Positions 19,874-31,624 are shown, numbered from the stretch's first letter. The stretch is 64,000 nucleotides of DNA from Candidatus Marinacidobacterales bacterium (GCA_965224085.1 CBDCYI010000005.1:800001-864000); one strand, 5' to 3'. The notes: generated by a model not told the origin, from the letters alone. Translations and numbers: made by a program.

Positions 19874-20345
19874 CTAGCGAGAGCGTTCGGTAAACCGGCA
19901 GCAGTCAGGCTCGTAATCGAACGTAACGGAGGTGGCGTCGTCGCTTTCCGCCTTCAGGACTTCGAGCTCGACCGCGCCCGCCGCCGACCCGCGAAAGATG
20001 GCCGCGAGGTCCACGTCACGAGACGAGAGCAAGGTCGAGTCGGTCGTGGCGGCAAGAATCAACACATCGAGCGAGTCTGCGAGCGTTTTCAGCTGGGAGA
20101 CAACAGCCTGAGACGACCGGCCGCCGCGCGCGACTTTGTCGAGTGAGTCGATCACCACGATGCAGCTTTCGTCGCCGCTATCCGCGAGCAGCTTCTCCAC
20201 GAGCTCTCCGGCAAACACGAGGTCCAGCTCTCCATCCACCTCGTAAACGAATACCTGCTTGAGCCAATCCGCGGCCCGGCGACCCTCCGCGTCGAGCCGC
20301 TGCCACTCGAGGGAGTCCTTCTTGAGCCGACCCCGCTCGAGGTTG
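19874..20345 (-). pseudogene. C-terminal fragment of a DnaB/RecA-like ATPase
   Basis: Walker B-like IVVIDSLD and LKTLADSLDVLILA; no Walker A; begins abruptly at a junction near 20345. Confidence 0.5.
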
Positions 20346-20636
20346 CTCGTAGCTCTCCGGATCGATATAGACGTTGTGAAACTCGGGAAAGGGTGCTTCG
20401 GGCGGGTTCAGTTCGTTGGGCGTCAACGGCGTCCCGACATAAATCCACTCTCGATACCCGGTCGGCCGTATCAAACGGCCCTGATCATCGTACTGGACGA
20501 TGGCACGTGACTGGGCCGTGCTCGCCGCGAAAAGCGCCTCTGGACGCGAGTCGATGAAGCCAACGAAAGCCACCGCGACGAGCATCCCGATGACGGCCAG
20601 CTTGACACCTCTTCTTGAGAAAACTTGGTCGTTCAT
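20346..20636 (-). pseudogene. N-terminal fragment of a cytochrome P460-family protein
   Basis: Signal peptide then LIRPTGYREWIYVGTPLTPNELN..PFPEFHNVYIDP; truncated before the CxxCH. Confidence 0.7.
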
Positions 20637-20999
20637 TTTTTTAGCTCCTTTGTCATGCAACGTGTGCGGCCGTCGAGGATGTTGCTCGTTCGGCCTGATC
20701 TTTCGTCGCGCGAGAAACGACTCGGTTACGTTGCAAGAAGTGTCAAGGGAGCGTCAGGAGACAAGAGTCGTCCGTCATGAAGGCACTTGAGAAGAAGCGG
20801 TGTAACGCTCGACGCCGAGGCGCGACTACTCCCGAGAGAGTCCGAAATGAAAACAAAGCCGTTCGTTGGCGTCGGAACCCGCTACAGGGTCGCCCCGGTC
20901 GAAGCCCCGAGGCTTCGCGAAATGAACTACCGGGAGCTGTCGCTTACACCGCAATCGCCCAGTGAGACCGGCGATTTCAAAGTCATAAGGAGACAGAGC

Positions 21000-21392
21000 A
21001 TGAACAAAACACTCTACGAGCGTCTTGGTGGCTACGACGGCATCTCTGCCGTAACCGCCGACTTGATGCAACGCATCAAAGCGGATTCGGAGCTGGGCCG
21101 CTTCTACCGATATCGAGGAGAGGACGGCATCGAACGTGAAGAGCAACTTCTCGTTGATTTTCTGTGCTACTGTGCCGGCGGTCCCATGTACTACACCGGA
21201 CGCGATATGAAGACTTTGCACAAAGGGATGAAACTCAGTGAAAGCGACTGGACGGTGTTGTTGCGGCACCTGAACGACACTCTAGAGGTTTTCGAGGTTC
21301 CTCGAGCTGAGCGTGACGACGTCGTCGCTTTCATACAAAGCACCAAATCAGAGATCGTCGAAATCCAGACGCCGACCGAGGCGACTCCTTGA
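21000..21392 (+). CDS. Group 1 truncated hemoglobin
   Basis: TLYERLGGYDGI, GGPMYYTGRDM and HKGM motifs; RBS AAGGAG. Confidence 0.9.
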   Translation: MNKTLYERLGGYDGISAVTADLMQRIKADSELGRFYRYRGEDGIEREEQLLVDFLCYCAGGPMYYTGRDMKTLHKGMKLSESDWTVLLRHLNDTLEVFEVPRAERDDVVAFIQSTKSEIVEIQTPTEATP

Positions 21393-21835
21393 AACGCGAG
21401 AAGCTCAAATTCGTTACCGGAAGCGCCGTCATTCTCGCCGCTGTTCTCGTCCTCGCCATCGCCGGAATGGAGGAGAGTACGGCCTACTACCACACCGTGC
21501 TCGAGCTCAAAGAAATGGGCGCCAAAGCGGAGGGTCGCCGTGTGCGAGTGGCCGGCAACGTCGTCGCCGACTCTATCGAGCGACGCGACGAGGGCGAAGT
21601 GACTTTCGTTATCGACGGTGAAGACGAGACGCTTCTGGTTCACTACGTCGGTCGAGGCCCTCTGCCCGACACACTCGTGGACCGTGCGCAAGCAGTAGCG
21701 GAAGGCAAGCTCAGGCCTGACGGGACGTTCGAAGCGACGAACGTCCAGGCGAAATGCGCGTCCAAGTACGAAGCCAACTATGAAGGCGAGTTAGTGAGTG
21801 AGGCCGCTGGCGGGCTCTTGGGGGCCGCCTCCTGA
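21389..21835 (+). CDS. ccmE: Heme chaperone CcmE, CxxxY variant
   Basis: N-terminal TM; RVRVAGNV, LPDT, AVAEG; AKCASKY heme-binding motif. Confidence 0.88.
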   Translation: MKREKLKFVTGSAVILAAVLVLAIAGMEESTAYYHTVLELKEMGAKAEGRRVRVAGNVVADSIERRDEGEVTFVIDGEDETLLVHYVGRGPLPDTLVDRAQAVAEGKLRPDGTFEATNVQAKCASKYEANYEGELVSEAAGGLLGAAS

Positions 21836-21944
21836 AAGCCTAGGCAGCCTAGGCGGAGACGCGAGCCTTCCACGAGCTTTTGAGCATTTGCAATCTTGCG
21901 CCGACCCTACGATAACGGACCCGCGATTCGGAATCGCTGCTTGG

Positions 21945-22080
21945 TGTAGGTAATTCCCCCAGCTTTCGACTCGGATTTCCCCACGACGAGGCCGCCGCGC
22001 TCAGTTCTAAACGGCCCAAGTCTTTCAAACGTGGTGGCTTACAACAATCACTGAGCGACCGTGTTGGCGCGTTCTTTGCA
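21945..22080 (+). promoter_or_regulatory. sigma54 promoter (22065-22080) with upstream TGTAGG box (21945)
   Basis: TGGCGC-gttct-TTGCA; TGTAGGTAATTCCCC starts 120 bp upstream; same layout at three other loci. Confidence 0.75.
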
Positions 22081-22216
22081 GAAAGACCAAAGACCTGACG
22101 ATGAGGGGATTCGACGTTCACGCTGCGACCACGCCACCACATGCCCAACGGACCGTAGGTCGGGGCGCTCGACAGCGTTGGGCAGGGTTTTTTCATCAAG
22201 AGCTGCCACACTAGGG

Positions 22217-25200
22217 ATGATCCTGGCTCTCGCTCATTCCGCTACGGCACAGAGCACCGGTACTTATTCAGGGAACGGAAATGACAACCGTGCCTTCACG
22301 GGATTGGGCTTCCAGCCCGTCGTGGTGATCATCAAAGGCGACTCGGGCGCCGAAGCCTACATCCGCACCTCGACCATGTCAGGCGCCAAGAGCCTTGGGT
22401 CGGGGTCTCCGATCGTCTCCAACCATATCCAATCGCTGGATGCGGATGGGTTCACCATAGGAGACGACAACAACGTCAACGAATGCAGCGTCGATTTTTA
22501 CTGGGTCGCCTTCCCGGCGTTGCCGTGGCCACAGATGCAGCGTGGGTCGTATGGAGGCAACGGCAGCAGCCAATCCATCACCGGGATGGCGTTTTCGCCG
22601 GAATACGTCATCGTGATGTCGGCCGCGGGCCACGAACCCGTCCATCGCTCGGCAAGCATGACGACAACCTACCAATTCAAAGGAGATGGGGGGAGTTCCG
22701 GTCGGGTCACGTCACTCGACGCGAACGGCTTTACCGTGGGGGGAATCCTGAGGTCAATGAAAGTGGCACAACCTACCATTACGTGGCCTGGAACAAAGTG
22801 CTCGGGAAAATGAACGAGGGCTCGTATCTGGGAAATGAGCTCGATAATCAGAACAAGACAGGGGTCGGCTTTCAACCCAAATATCTGATCATCAAGGACT
22901 CCGCCGGCGAACGGGGCGTCCATCGGACGGAATCCTTAACCGGGGATAGTACGCTTGACTTCGAAGGCAATGCCAACATTCCAAACGCCATACAGGCACT
23001 TCAAGCGGACGGCTTCCAGGTAGGCTCGGACGTCACCGTAAACAAAGACACTGCGACGGATTACTGGATCGCCTTCGCTAACGCGACGACGAAGGTCACC
23101 CTCGCTTCCTTTGAGCCCACCGGCTATGACGGTGAAGTCCTTCTGGAGTGGGAGACAGCGTCCGAGCTCAACAACCTGGGGTTTCAACTGTATCGCTCGA
23201 CGTCGCAAGACGGTCCCTATGAGCGGATCACCGCTCAAGCGATACCGGGGTTGGGCTCGTCCGTTGTGGGCGCGAAGTACAGCTACCGCGACACGGACGT
23301 TACGAACGGGACGACGTACTACTACCGATTAGAAGACATCGAAACGACGGGACAGACCGAGATGCACGGACCGGTCTCGGCGACGCCTCGGGCAGGTGGT
23401 TCGTCGAGTAGCCGGGATCGCCGTCGTAGGGCGCGTCCACCGTCAGACGAGACGCTGATCACCTATGGAGAGCCTTCCGCGAGCTCATGGAACGTGTTGC
23501 AGCGGGGTCGCGATCAGATACTCATCGAGCTACGGACGGGCGGTTTCTACGCAGCGCCGCAAGAAGATGGAACGGTACAGATTACGATCCCGGACTTTGT
23601 GGAGCTCCGCGAAGCGGGCGCGCCAGCGATTCCGGTCAAGCGAGCGAGGGTGGAGGCGATCGCGGGTCGCAAGGTGCGGCTGGTTTCCGTGAGGGCCCAT
23701 GACGTGGAGGCCTTCACGAGCTTGCGTCCCGCGCAAGCGGAGATGCCGGAGATCGTGGCGTCGCAAGACGGTACCGTGCGGGCCTCTCGTCGTCGAGCGC
23801 GGTCGGCGTTTCGAGGAGAGGAACTGAGCCCGTCGAGCGCGGCGCGGATCGTCGAAGTGGGATTCCAGGGCGACGTGAAAAAAGCTCTGGTGGAGCTGGC
23901 GCCCGTTCGTTGGGATGCGGCAAGGGGACAGCTTTTGCTCGCGCGTCGTCTCGTCGTCCGGCTGTCCTTCAGAGAGCGAGAGCCTTCGGAGACAACGACG
24001 CGGGGTAGACGTGGTCGCCGCTACCGAAAGCGGGATAGCCACGACGAGCGCAGCGTCGCCACGCGTCTCGCCACGACCGAGAGAGGCCTCTACGCTTTGC
24101 GTTACGAGGACGTGTTCCGTCTGCGCCGCGGCGTACGTGCGAGCGAGCTCCGTCTGAGTCGTCAAGGCGAATCGGTGGCGTACCATCTCGAGCCGAGCCC
24201 GACGCGCTTCAAGCCGGGATCGACACTCTACTTCATGAGCGAAGGCGCTGCGGTGAACCCTTACGGCAACGAGGCTGTCTACGAGCTCGAGGTGGGCCGG
24301 GCGGGAGCGATGATGCTCTCGAGCTCACAAGCGCCCTCCGGAGAAGACACGACGTTTTATATGAAACGGGTGGAGCAAGAGCAAAATCGCTATTACCAAG
24401 CTGCTCTCGTCGCAGCGCCGGATCGATGGCTATGGGACCTGTTGTTTGCACCCGTGACGAAGAGCTACCCGTTCGAGGTGAACGCTCTCGCGCCCACGAC
24501 GCAACCCTCGACACTCAGTGTATGGCTCCAAGGAGTGAGTGATTTTGACGCGGACCCGGACCACCACTTGCGCGCCTACGTGAATGGGACGTTTGTCGGC
24601 GAGGTGAGCTGGGACGGCAAAGCGTCGCGGCGCATCGATGTGGAGCTACTGCCGGGCGTTCTCTCCGAAGGGGAAAACACTCTGGAGCTCGAGAACGCGG
24701 GAGATACGGGCGCCTTGTACTCGATGGTCCTGCTCAACCGATTCGCTTTGAGCTATCCGCGCGTCGCGGTGGCCGAAGGCGGAACGCTCGAAGGTAGGTG
24801 GATGGAATCGGGAGTAGCGGAAGTCAGCGGGCTGAGCGGGGAAGCTCATGTGCTCGAGCTGAGCGGAGAGCACCCGCAGTGGCTGAGCGGAGCCCAGCTC
24901 CCCGAAGCGGGGACCGTGCGATTCCGAGCGGAAGCGGGTGGGAGCTACCTAGCGGTGAGCGCGGAAGCAGTGCGTCGTCCCGAACTGCGCCAGGTCTTCG
25001 CGAGCAGCCTTCAACACTTGAAGAACCGGCGCAACCGTGCGGACTACCTGCTCATTGGCCCTCGGAACTTCCTCGTGGCGGCGACGCCCTTGCTCGAGCA
25101 CCGGAAGCGCCAGGGTCTGAAGGTGAAGTCGATCGCCATCGAGGATGTGTACTCGGAGTTCGGCTATGGGGAGTCGGCGCCCGAAGCTCTTCGCGAGTTC

Positions 25201-26088
25201 TTGAGCTATGCGTACCACAACTGGCGTGAGCCTTCGCTGCGCTACGTGGTGCTTTTCGGGGACGCGACCTACGACTTCAAGGACTACCTAGAGACGGGAG
25301 TGCAGAATCAAGTGCCACCGCTCATCGTGAAGACCAGCTATATGTGGACGGCGTCGGATCCGGGCTATGCGGCGGTCAACGGTGAGGACCTCCTACCGGA
25401 CCTGCCGATCGGACGACTGGCGGCGAGCACGGTGGACGAAGCGCGGAGTATGGTGGAGAAAATCCTCACCTACGAGACGGGCGAAGCGACTCTCGCGGCG
25501 CCGGTGGTGTTGGTAGCGGACAACGCGGACGAGGCGGGAAACTTCGAAGCTGATGCCAAAGCACTTGCCGGGAGTGTTCTCGCTTCGAGGCATCCCGAGA
25601 AGATCTTCCTAAGTCAACTGGGGACCGCCGCGACGCGCGACGGGATCATCCAGAGCTTCGACGACGGCGCATCGATCGTGAGCTACATCGGCCACGGCGG
25701 CATCGTGGTTTGGGCGTCGGAGAATGTCTTCAACTACACGGACGTCGAGGCCTTGGCCCCTCAAGCGCAACAGCCGGTGCTTCTGACGATGAACTGCCTC
25801 AATGGCTTCTTCCACTTGCCACACATCAACGCGCTCAGCGAGGAGCTCGTCAAAGCGACGGACAAAGGAGCGATAGCGGCGTTCTCACCGAGCGGTCTGA
25901 GCTTGAACGATGCGGCGCATATTTATCATCAGGCGCTTCTGCGCGAGCTCGTCGATTTCAAAGGGCGTCACGAGCGTCTCGGAGATGCGGTGCTCGCAGC
26001 ACAGGCGGCCTACGCCGAGACGGGAGCCTTCCCTGAGCTTTTGAGCATATATCATCTATTCGGCGATCCCGCCTTGACCCTCCGGTAA
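22217..26088 (+). CDS. Large secreted protein: GxYxGNG repeats, Ig/FN3-like domain, C25 propeptide and gingipain-like C25 peptidase (frameshift near 22740)
   Basis: LEWETASELNNLGF; YVVLFGDA; catalytic SYIGHGG and MNCLNG; LFGDP; indel lies in a G run. Start position uncertain. Confidence 0.8.
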
Positions 26089-26090
26089 CC

Positions 26091-26174
26091 GGCGAGGACT
26101 TGTTGCCGGATGTGGCTCTCGGGCGCCTTCCCGCGGCGAGCGTCGAAGAAGTCCGAGCTCTGGCAGACAAGATC
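26091..26174 (+). pseudogene. 28-codon relic of another C25 paralogue
   Basis: Translates to GEDLLPDVALGRLPAASVEEVRALADKI versus GEDLLPDLPIGRLAASTVDEARSMVEKI in the upstream gene. Confidence 0.7.
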
Positions 26175-26210
26175 CCGTGCGATCTCGGCGAAGAGTCGAG
26201 TTTGTAGGAG

Positions 26211-28490
26211 CTACTGGACGTAGCCCAAAGCGCGCAGCCGTTCGAGCTCGGCGGCGTCGATCTGGCCGGTCGCCGCTTCGTCGTCGAGGCGCGCCGCTTC
26301 CGCGAAGCCGCGCCAGTTGTCGAGCATCTCGGTGAGGCGCTCGACGATCTCGGGGTGCTCACCGGCCACGTCGCTCTGGTCGAGCGGATCGTCGCGGTGC
26401 GCGTAGAACTCGAATCGCGGCTCGTCCCCGCCGTCGAACCGCACGAGCTTCCATCCGTCCGAGATGATGGACCGCGTTACTGTGGTGAGGCGCAAATTGG
26501 GTAGCATTTCCGTGATGGCGGGACGATTCCACCGCGCTTCGCCACTTTCTTCGAAGAGCGACGTGAGGCTTTGCCCTTGGGCCGCGTCGGACGCGGGGAG
26601 CCCGCTCAGCTCCAGCAGGGTGGCATCAAGTCGACGGTCTGGACCATCGTTCCGACGCGTCGTCCCGCGGGGACGAAGCTTGGGCGCCAAAGCATCATCG
26701 GTACGCGGTTCAGCTCTCCATAGACGCTGTGGCCGTGAAAGTGCGCGTCGTGCTCCAGGAGCTCCGTTCCGTGATCGGCCACGACGGCGACGAGCGCGCG
26801 CTCGGCGAGCCCGAGCTCGTCCAGCTTCGCGAAGACTTTGGCGAGGGCGGCGTCCATGCCCCGGATCGAGCCGTCCATGCCGTTCGTCTCGTGGCGCACG
26901 AAGAGATCGGGATCCACCTTGGCCTCCACGAGCTCGGATGTCGTCGGCATACCGAATGCCTTCATGAGCGGGTCCTGTATATGCGGCCGCACCTGTTCCG
27001 TCAGCGCGTCGAGCTCGTCCATGTCTCCGGGCTCGGCATAAGTCGTTTCATAATCTTCTGTAGGGCGAAACGGACTATGAGGATCGGCCACGTGGAGCAG
27101 CGCGAAAAACGGTGTGTCGCGGTGCGACTCGATCCACAGCAGCAGACGCGGCACGAGCTCAGGCGAGCTCTTCAGGTTCTCCCAATCCGGTAGAGAGCCC
27201 GACTCGTGCATCACCTCATAACCCTGGTGCAGATTCGTGAGCTGCCCGACGAAAGGGATAGATGTCAGGGCAAGCGTCGCGTAGCCGGCGGAGCGGTAGG
27301 CCTCGGCGATCGTCGCCGCCGATGCGGGCAGGCGATCCGGGATGTCTTCGACGGCGTGCGTCGTGGGGTAGAGTGATGTCTGGATGGTCGTGACCGAGAC
27401 TTTGGTCCACGTCGCCTGACTGATTGTATCCTCGAACCAGACACCTTCACCCGCGATGCGCGCGAGCGTTGGCGCCGTTTGCCGGCCGTAGCCGTAGAGT
27501 TCCAAGTGATCGGCGCGCAACGTGTCCGTGATGATGAGAATGACGGCTTGCGGCTGATTTTCGGGTGCCGCATTCGAGCGTATGGCGGGTGCGCCCCAAA
27601 ATCCGAGAGTTCCGGGATCAGCGGCATCGATGCTCAGCGTAACGTCGACGCGCTCTCCACCCATCCCCTCGAGGTCGAGCGAGGCGGCGTGCCAAGCGTC
27701 CGGTTCGTCGACGACGGTCTCGAGCACGCGGTCGCCGACTTCGACACGAAAAGTCACGGGCCCCGTTTCGATCGTGGCAACGCCTAGATCCAGAAACGGT
27801 TCGGCGGGAAGATCGACTTGATAGCGCACGCGTTCCGGCGCGCGGGTCACGATTGCCTCGTTGTAAATCTCGGACATGCCGTGCCAGCCCACGCCCGAGG
27901 CGATCGAGCGTAGATGCTCGCCTCGGAAAATGAGCCGTATCGTCTCGATCTCGAAATCGGCGTCGGCTTCGTTCGTCGGGACCAAGAGCACGTGCGCCAT
28001 CTCTTCCGGCGACCGCTTCGACGTGGCCCGGATCAGATAGGTCTGCATGTCGTCCCCCGGCCGGACGGGTGTCGTGAAGGCGCCGAGGGGATCGCCGAGC
28101 GTTACGCGGGAGCACGAGCTCGGGGCCGCTGAAACGCACCGTCATCTGTGTCCCCGCGCTGACGCGCGCACGGACCTCGACGGCGTAGAGCATCTCGGAC
28201 GCGGGCACATCTCCACCACGCGCGACGATTAGGACGGGTTGGTCCGAGCTCGAACGTCCGCGTAGGAGGCCGTCCTCGATACGCAGGCCTTCGATGCCCT
28301 GGACGGCGTCCCAACCGAGCCTGCCCTCGTCGAAGCTCCATACGGTGGGCGCGTAATCGGCGCCTACGGGCTCCGGCGAACCCTCGACGATGGCTTCGGA
28401 GAAGATGTCGACGAAACGAACCGGCGCGGAAGACGGCGGTGGTCCCCCGCATCCGGCAAACAACGCTACCACGACGAGTGTTTTACGCAT
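26211..28490 (-). CDS. Sulfatase-like hydrolase/transferase lipoprotein (two apparent frameshifts)
   Basis: Lipobox FAGC; DTLRADHL, ATWTKVS, DPHSP, ADHG; C-terminal RLRALGY; split over three ORFs. Confidence 0.8.
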
Positions 28491-28493
28491 GCG

Positions 28494-29378
28494 TTACCTC
28501 TCCTTGACGCCTTGAATGGCGCCTTTGATGAGATTGTAGGCCGCGAGACGCGAGAGTCCGCCGACATCCCGTGCGCCCCACGACGTCGACGCGATCCCGA
28601 GAGCCGCCGCTTTCTCGTAGCGGAACATCTCGGTGAGCGCTCCGGCGAGCTCCAAGCTCGTCGGACCGTTCGGCACCGTCAGCGGGTGGCCGGCGACTTC
28701 CTTCGGATCGAGCACGTCCATGTCGATATGGATGTAGATCTTGTCGACGAGCGAGGACAAGCGTTCCATCTGCGCGTGGATCTTCTCCGAGCGTTCGCGA
28801 ATGTCGTCGGTCGTTATGTGCTCGACCTCGCTGCGGTCGAGGAGCTCTTGCTCGAGCGGATCGGTGTCGCGTACCGTGGCCTCGACGATATAGCGCTCGG
28901 GGAGCGGAACGTCGAGGCCGGATTCGAGGCGCAAGTTCCGTAAGCACATGCCTACGGCCACCGCGACGGGCATCCCGCCGAGCATCCCGCTCAGCGTCGT
29001 CTCGGGAGCGTTGATGTCGCCATGGGCGTCGATGAAGACGAGGCTGATCTTGAGCGGCCGGCGCGATGAACCGGAGCTCTGGAGACCGCCGAGAACGCCG
29101 GAGAGCGAGCTGCAATTCGCAAGGAGGCCGACGGTCAAGTACCCCTCGCGCTCGTTATCGGCGACGATGTCCCCAAGATGAGCGTTGGCCATCCCGAGAC
29201 GATGCCACTCGCCGTAATCGTTCTCCTCTTCTTTGGTGAGCTTTACCGTGGGGATGGTCCTCACCGTGCCGCCGGATTCTTCGATTACCTGAACTACGCC
29301 GCCGTCGTCCGAGCTCTCGTATTTCTGCGCGGAGGCGAGCACCGGTGCCAGCAAGGCCAAAATGAGCCACTTCTTCAT
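28494..29378 (-). CDS. Arginase/ureohydrolase-family protein with signal peptide
   Basis: DAHGDIN, SGMLGGMP and HIDMDVLDP motifs. Confidence 0.82.
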   Translation of the reverse strand: MKKWLILALLAPVLASAQKYESSDDGGVVQVIEESGGTVRTIPTVKLTKEEENDYGEWHRLGMANAHLGDIVADNEREGYLTVGLLANCSSLSGVLGGLQSSGSSRRPLKISLVFIDAHGDINAPETTLSGMLGGMPVAVAVGMCLRNLRLESGLDVPLPERYIVEATVRDTDPLEQELLDRSEVEHITTDDIRERSEKIHAQMERLSSLVDKIYIHIDMDVLDPKEVAGHPLTVPNGPTSLELAGALTEMFRYEKAAALGIASTSWGARDVGGLSRLAAYNLIKGAIQGVKER

Positions 29379-30763
29379 TGGGGCTCTCCTTCGGTCAACA
29401 CCGCGTCAAGGATTTTGTCGGCGTCGTCCCATCCGTGCTCGTACTGGACCTCACGACAGCGTGCGAGTATAACGCCGAAAGACTTTCCCGGTTGCAAACC
29501 CTGGGCGATCAAATGCCGCCCGAAAACGACGTCTTTCGGCGCTGCTACTTCGAGCTCCAGTGCTTGCATCTGCTCGCGGAAGTGGTCCCCTGCGGGATAG
29601 GAGCGCGCGAGGGCGCCTTTCGTCGTTCGGCCGAAGTGATCGGCGGTTGCGACACGCAGGAGAAGCTCCATCGTGGCGCCGCCCGCTTCGAGATCACGCG
29701 CGAGGCGGCGGTAGCCTCTGGCGGTTGCGCCGTTTTTGAAATAGAGGCCCGGGGCGAGGTGGTGGCGTACGAGCACACGGACGCGGTCGACGAGCTCGGT
29801 TGAGGCGCGTAACCGCTCGAGAAACGCGGCCGCGATGGGGACACCTTCTGTGTCGTGTTTGTGCGAGCGGATCCGGCCGTCGACTTCCTCGGTCGTTGCG
29901 GGCTTCCCGAAGTCGTGACAAAGCGCGCCATACATGAGCGCGAGATCGTGCTCGTCGCTTTGACGCAGTCGAGCCGCTTCGTCGATCACCATCAGCGTGT
30001 GGACGAAGACGTTCCCTTCGGGATGCCACTCCGCGTCTTGCGGCGTTTCGATCATGGCTTCGATCTCAGAAAAAAAACTAAGCAGCCCCGTCTCGCGAAG
30101 AAACTCGAACGCGACGGAAGGCCGCTCCGCCATCAAGAGGATCTTGTTGAGTTCGGCAAAGACCCGCTCCGCCGGAAGCTCCGAAAGGTCGAGTGCCGCG
30201 CAAAGCCGCTTCAGCTCGTCATCCGGCGTCATCCCGAAACGCGCCGCGAACTGTGCCACACGGAGGCCGCGAAGCGGATCTTCCGAGAAATGTGACGGAT
30301 CGCTGGCCCGGAGGACTTTGGCCTCTAGATCGTCCTGTCCGCGGAAGGGGTCGACGAGAGCCCCAGTCCCGATGTCGTAGCCAACACTGTTGATAGTGAT
30401 GTCGCGTCGCCTCGCGGCCTCCTCGAAGCTCATGTCCGGGTCGTAGGTGACGTCGAACCCCGTATGTCCTACGGCGACCTTGCTGTCCTTGCGTGGCAGT
30501 GAGAAGTCGGCGTCGATGCCCTTCACGCGAAGGACCCCGAAGGCCCGCCCGACATGGGTGACGCTGCCGAAACGCGCGAGCACGTTTTCCACGCGCTCCA
30601 TGGACAGACCGAAGACTTCGATATCGACGTCTTTCGAAGGGATGTCGAGAAGGCGATCGCGCACGGTGCCGCCGACGAGAAAGGCCCGCCCGCCCGCCTC
30701 ACGAAACGCGGCCGCGATCTGGGGTAGCGGCTTTTCGAGATGGATATGGATATTGACGCGCAA
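29375..30763 (-). CDS. cca: CCA-adding/poly(A) polymerase-family tRNA nucleotidyltransferase with HD domain
   Basis: LVGGTVRD, DVDIE, RRDITIN, EDPLR, HPEG..HT and HDFGK motifs; TTG start inferred. Confidence 0.85.
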   Translation of the reverse strand: MRVNIHIHLEKPLPQIAAAFREAGGRAFLVGGTVRDRLLDIPSKDVDIEVFGLSMERVENVLARFGSVTHVGRAFGVLRVKGIDADFSLPRKDSKVAVGHTGFDVTYDPDMSFEEAARRRDITINSVGYDIGTGALVDPFRGQDDLEAKVLRASDPSHFSEDPLRGLRVAQFAARFGMTPDDELKRLCAALDLSELPAERVFAELNKILLMAERPSVAFEFLRETGLLSFFSEIEAMIETPQDAEWHPEGNVFVHTLMVIDEAARLRQSDEHDLALMYGALCHDFGKPATTEEVDGRIRSHKHDTEGVPIAAAFLERLRASTELVDRVRVLVRHHLAPGLYFKNGATARGYRRLARDLEAGGATMELLLRVATADHFGRTTKGALARSYPAGDHFREQMQALELEVAAPKDVVFGRHLIAQGLQPGKSFGVILARCREVQYEHGWDDADKILDAVLTEGEPQ

Positions 30764-30768
30764 CGTCC

Positions 30769-31215
30769 TCAGGGCTCGCGCCACTCTACGGGATCGCCTA
30801 GCGCAATCTTGCCGTCATCGAGGACCTCGCCAAAAGCGCCGCCTAACCATTCGGAGCGCATGGCGCTTCGGAGACCTTGATGCGCTTCGTCCATTCGCTC
30901 GCAGGGTCTCGTCTCCCCGTAAATGCGGATGCGTACGGCGCCGATGGCGAGAACGCGTCCGCCGGCGTCTTTCAAGTCGACGCCGCTCACCATGAGATTG
31001 GCGCGGCGCGACGACGGGTCGGCGTTGCCATTCGTCTGCTCCATCAGCTCTTTCCATGCTTCTTGGGAAAGGATGGTGACTTGGCGTTTGCCGCCCTGGT
31101 TGGCGTTGCCGTCGATGCCGCGGCCTTCGACCAAAGTGGCTTCCAATTTAGGATCCATGGGCCCGCGTTTGAAACGCTTGACCCAAATGGCTTCGAGACG
31201 TCCCTGATGTGTCAT
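30769..31215 (-). CDS. MOSC-domain protein
   Basis: RQVT, RRANL and RPCERM motifs. Confidence 0.85.
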   Translation of the reverse strand: MTHQGRLEAIWVKRFKRGPMDPKLEATLVEGRGIDGNANQGGKRQVTILSQEAWKELMEQTNGNADPSSRRANLMVSGVDLKDAGGRVLAIGAVRIRIYGETRPCERMDEAHQGLRSAMRSEWLGGAFGEVLDDGKIALGDPVEWREP

Positions 31216-31228
31216 GTCGGACACTATT

Positions 31229-31624
31229 TTAGACGAGATTCGCGATATTCTCTTGTGTGGCGGTTTGCGAGGGCCCGCTTGACGGGGGGTAGGTCGAAGC
31301 CGGGCTAGGCTCTTCATCGGTGATGACCACGACGGAGCTCGCGTCAGCGATGAGGGATTCGAAACTCTCCGGATCCGTCTGGATCATTTGCGGCGTGGCT
31401 GCTGCCGGACGCCCCGGCGGTGTTGGCGCAGGCACGACCGGAGGAGGAGGCGTGAGTTCGGGGGCAGTCTGATCGCTGTCTGCTGTCTGAGCGACGAGGA
31501 GAAGGGCTTGTGTCTCCTCGGGGCGGCCTGCCTTCGTGGTCGTGCTGAGAGAGAGTATTTCGTTCGCGAAGTATAGTCGCCTTTCGGCTGACCACGTCGT
31601 CGAGAGCAGGACCAGAAGCTGCAG
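31229..31624 (-). pseudogene. C-terminal remnant of a Pro-rich protein truncated at the IS junction
   Basis: Frame is open from about 31620 to the stop at 31229 (..ELTPPPPVVPAPTPPG..); 5' part replaced by IS sequence. Confidence 0.35.

Noticed and set aside
22250-23080. Prophage tail gene suggested by GxYxGNG repeats
   Set aside because: The repeats sit in a signal-peptide-bearing protein and no phage structural or packaging genes are present.
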